From contig LFCQ01000003.1 of NCBI GenBank assembly GCA_001189195.1, forward strand, positions 207,791-271,790: 64,000 nt of DNA, read 5' to 3'. The DNA is from Parcubacteria bacterium C7867-007 (lineage in GTDB: Bacteria > Patescibacteriota > Minisyncoccia > Phycocordibacterales > Phycocordibacteraceae). The number at the start of each line of letters is the position of its first letter. The first letter of the stretch is position 1. The position numbers were made by a program, and so were the translations under genes. The notes beneath the pieces are model-generated. The model saw only the letters and a program-made list of their open reading frames with translations, was not told where the DNA came from and searched no databases. Below, piece by piece: positions 63,352-64,000 of this stretch.

Positions 63352-64000
63352 CTAACGTACTTCCCAACCCTCCTGCGCGTTAAGAATGTTTGTCACACGT
63401 TCCATGATTGGATCTAGATCCGTGTCTGCAAGTGTGCGATCGCTTGCTTGGAACACAAGACGGAATGCGTATGAAGTACGTCCATCCTTTTCGAAACGAT
63501 CGAAGCGATCAATACGCGCAAGGAGTTCATCTGCCTCCTGCGCAATAAGGAGGGACACTTCTGATTCTTGAGTACCCTCTGGAGTCCATACGGCTATATC
63601 GCGAAGAGCAAATGGGTATATTGAGTATCCGTGATAGGGGCCGAGAGATACGGTTCTTGGAGCGTACCCACGTCCAAGTAGAGAAAGAGAGATCGCCTCG
63701 ATATCGCACTCTCCAACGTGCTCGGTAAGGATTGATGTATGAAGAGCGAACTCATCACCAAGTGCGGATGCGGCTTCAGAAACAGCACCAGGATACTTCT
63801 TTCCACTAACCTGCTGAATACCGTAACAGAGTGAGAGATGTTCACCATCATTTGTGAAGACATTTCCAATTTCAAATAGTTTTACGAATGGATCTGGCCC
63901 AAGCACACGTGGTGCTACAGACACCGCATGTGCGAGTGCTGCAGTCATGTTTTCTGAAAGAGTGGTGCGGAGGGCTGGTTTCGTTTGATCGAGGGGATTT
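63352..64000 (-). CDS. pheT: phenylalanine--tRNA ligase beta subunit, C-terminal part (gene continues beyond window end)
   Basis: The C-terminal FDX-ACB domain (RDIAVWTPEGTQESEV...YAFRLVFQASDRTLADTDLDPIMERVTNIL) matches the PheT C-terminus. The frame is open to the window edge. Confidence 0.7.
   Translation of the reverse strand, partial: NPLDQTKPALRTTLSENMTAALAHAVSVAPRVLGPDPFVKLFEIGNVFTNDGEHLSLCYGIQQVSGKKYPGAVSEAASALGDEFALHTSILTEHVGECDIEAISLSLLGRGYAPRTVSLGPYHGYSIYPFALRDIAVWTPEGTQESEVSLLIAQEADELLARIDRFDRFEKDGRTSYAFRLVFQASDRTLADTDLDPIMERVTNILNAQEGWEVR

Noticed and set aside
1-64000. CRISPR arrays, rRNA genes, transposases/integrases/IS elements
   Set aside because: No regularly spaced direct repeats were seen, no rRNA-like conserved stretches, and no ORF with DDE/tyrosine-recombinase/serine-recombinase signatures.

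Overview
This 64-kb window of a mid-GC (~50%) bacterial chromosome is dominated by housekeeping genes and also carries a mannoside-utilisation cluster, a toxin/defence-like cluster, a surface-protein/sortase cluster, and several small high-GC islands that look foreign. Identifiable housekeeping genes:
- rpoB-rpoC; the dnaG-rpoD macromolecular-synthesis operon; dnaE, gyrB, thrS, hisS, rnc, rnhB, rnr (RNase R), trmD, rpsP, rpmF, prmC and the pheT 3' end.

Other gene content:
- An OmpR-family two-component system, three type-IV-pilin/pseudopilin genes, and an ABC-2 exporter.
- A mannoside cluster: NUDIX, a cupin, a TM-anchored GH130, a tandem double-GH130 fusion, a eukaryotic-type PMM-like HAD and an FAD oxidase.
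- A UvrD-helicase/PD-(D/E)XK nuclease next to a DUF45 zinc peptidase, an orphan MazF/PemK-like toxin and a divergent EVE-domain gene.
- A surface-protein cluster: a 701-aa Pro-rich protein with PPCC repeats, a high-GC secreted protein, a sortase and a CARDB protein.

Unusual features:
- Extended ribosomal proteins and a sigma-70 with a basic lysine/alanine-repeat N-terminus. Together with the small housekeeping genes this suggests a CPR/Patescibacteria-like (possibly Saccharibacteria-like) organism; this is inference only.
- Several small high-GC islands (~21.4-21.9 kb, 25.5-25.9 kb, 27.0-27.25 kb, 30.97-31.33 kb, 38.8-39.35 kb, 58.2-59.3 kb, plus GC-rich leaders at 49.0-49.8 kb and 53.6-53.8 kb) sit between conserved genes. 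Several encode small secreted or membrane proteins with their own terminators, which points to horizontal acquisition from a high-GC donor.
- A NusB-NUDIX fusion, a DsbA-like protein lacking CxxC, and a 20-nt direct repeat positioned identically upstream of two adjacent genes.
- A structured ~230-nt element with a 14-bp long-range inverted repeat, a T-box-like leader-terminator before thrS, and two tRNA-like elements that do not fold canonically.

No rRNA, CRISPR array or transposase/integrase was seen.
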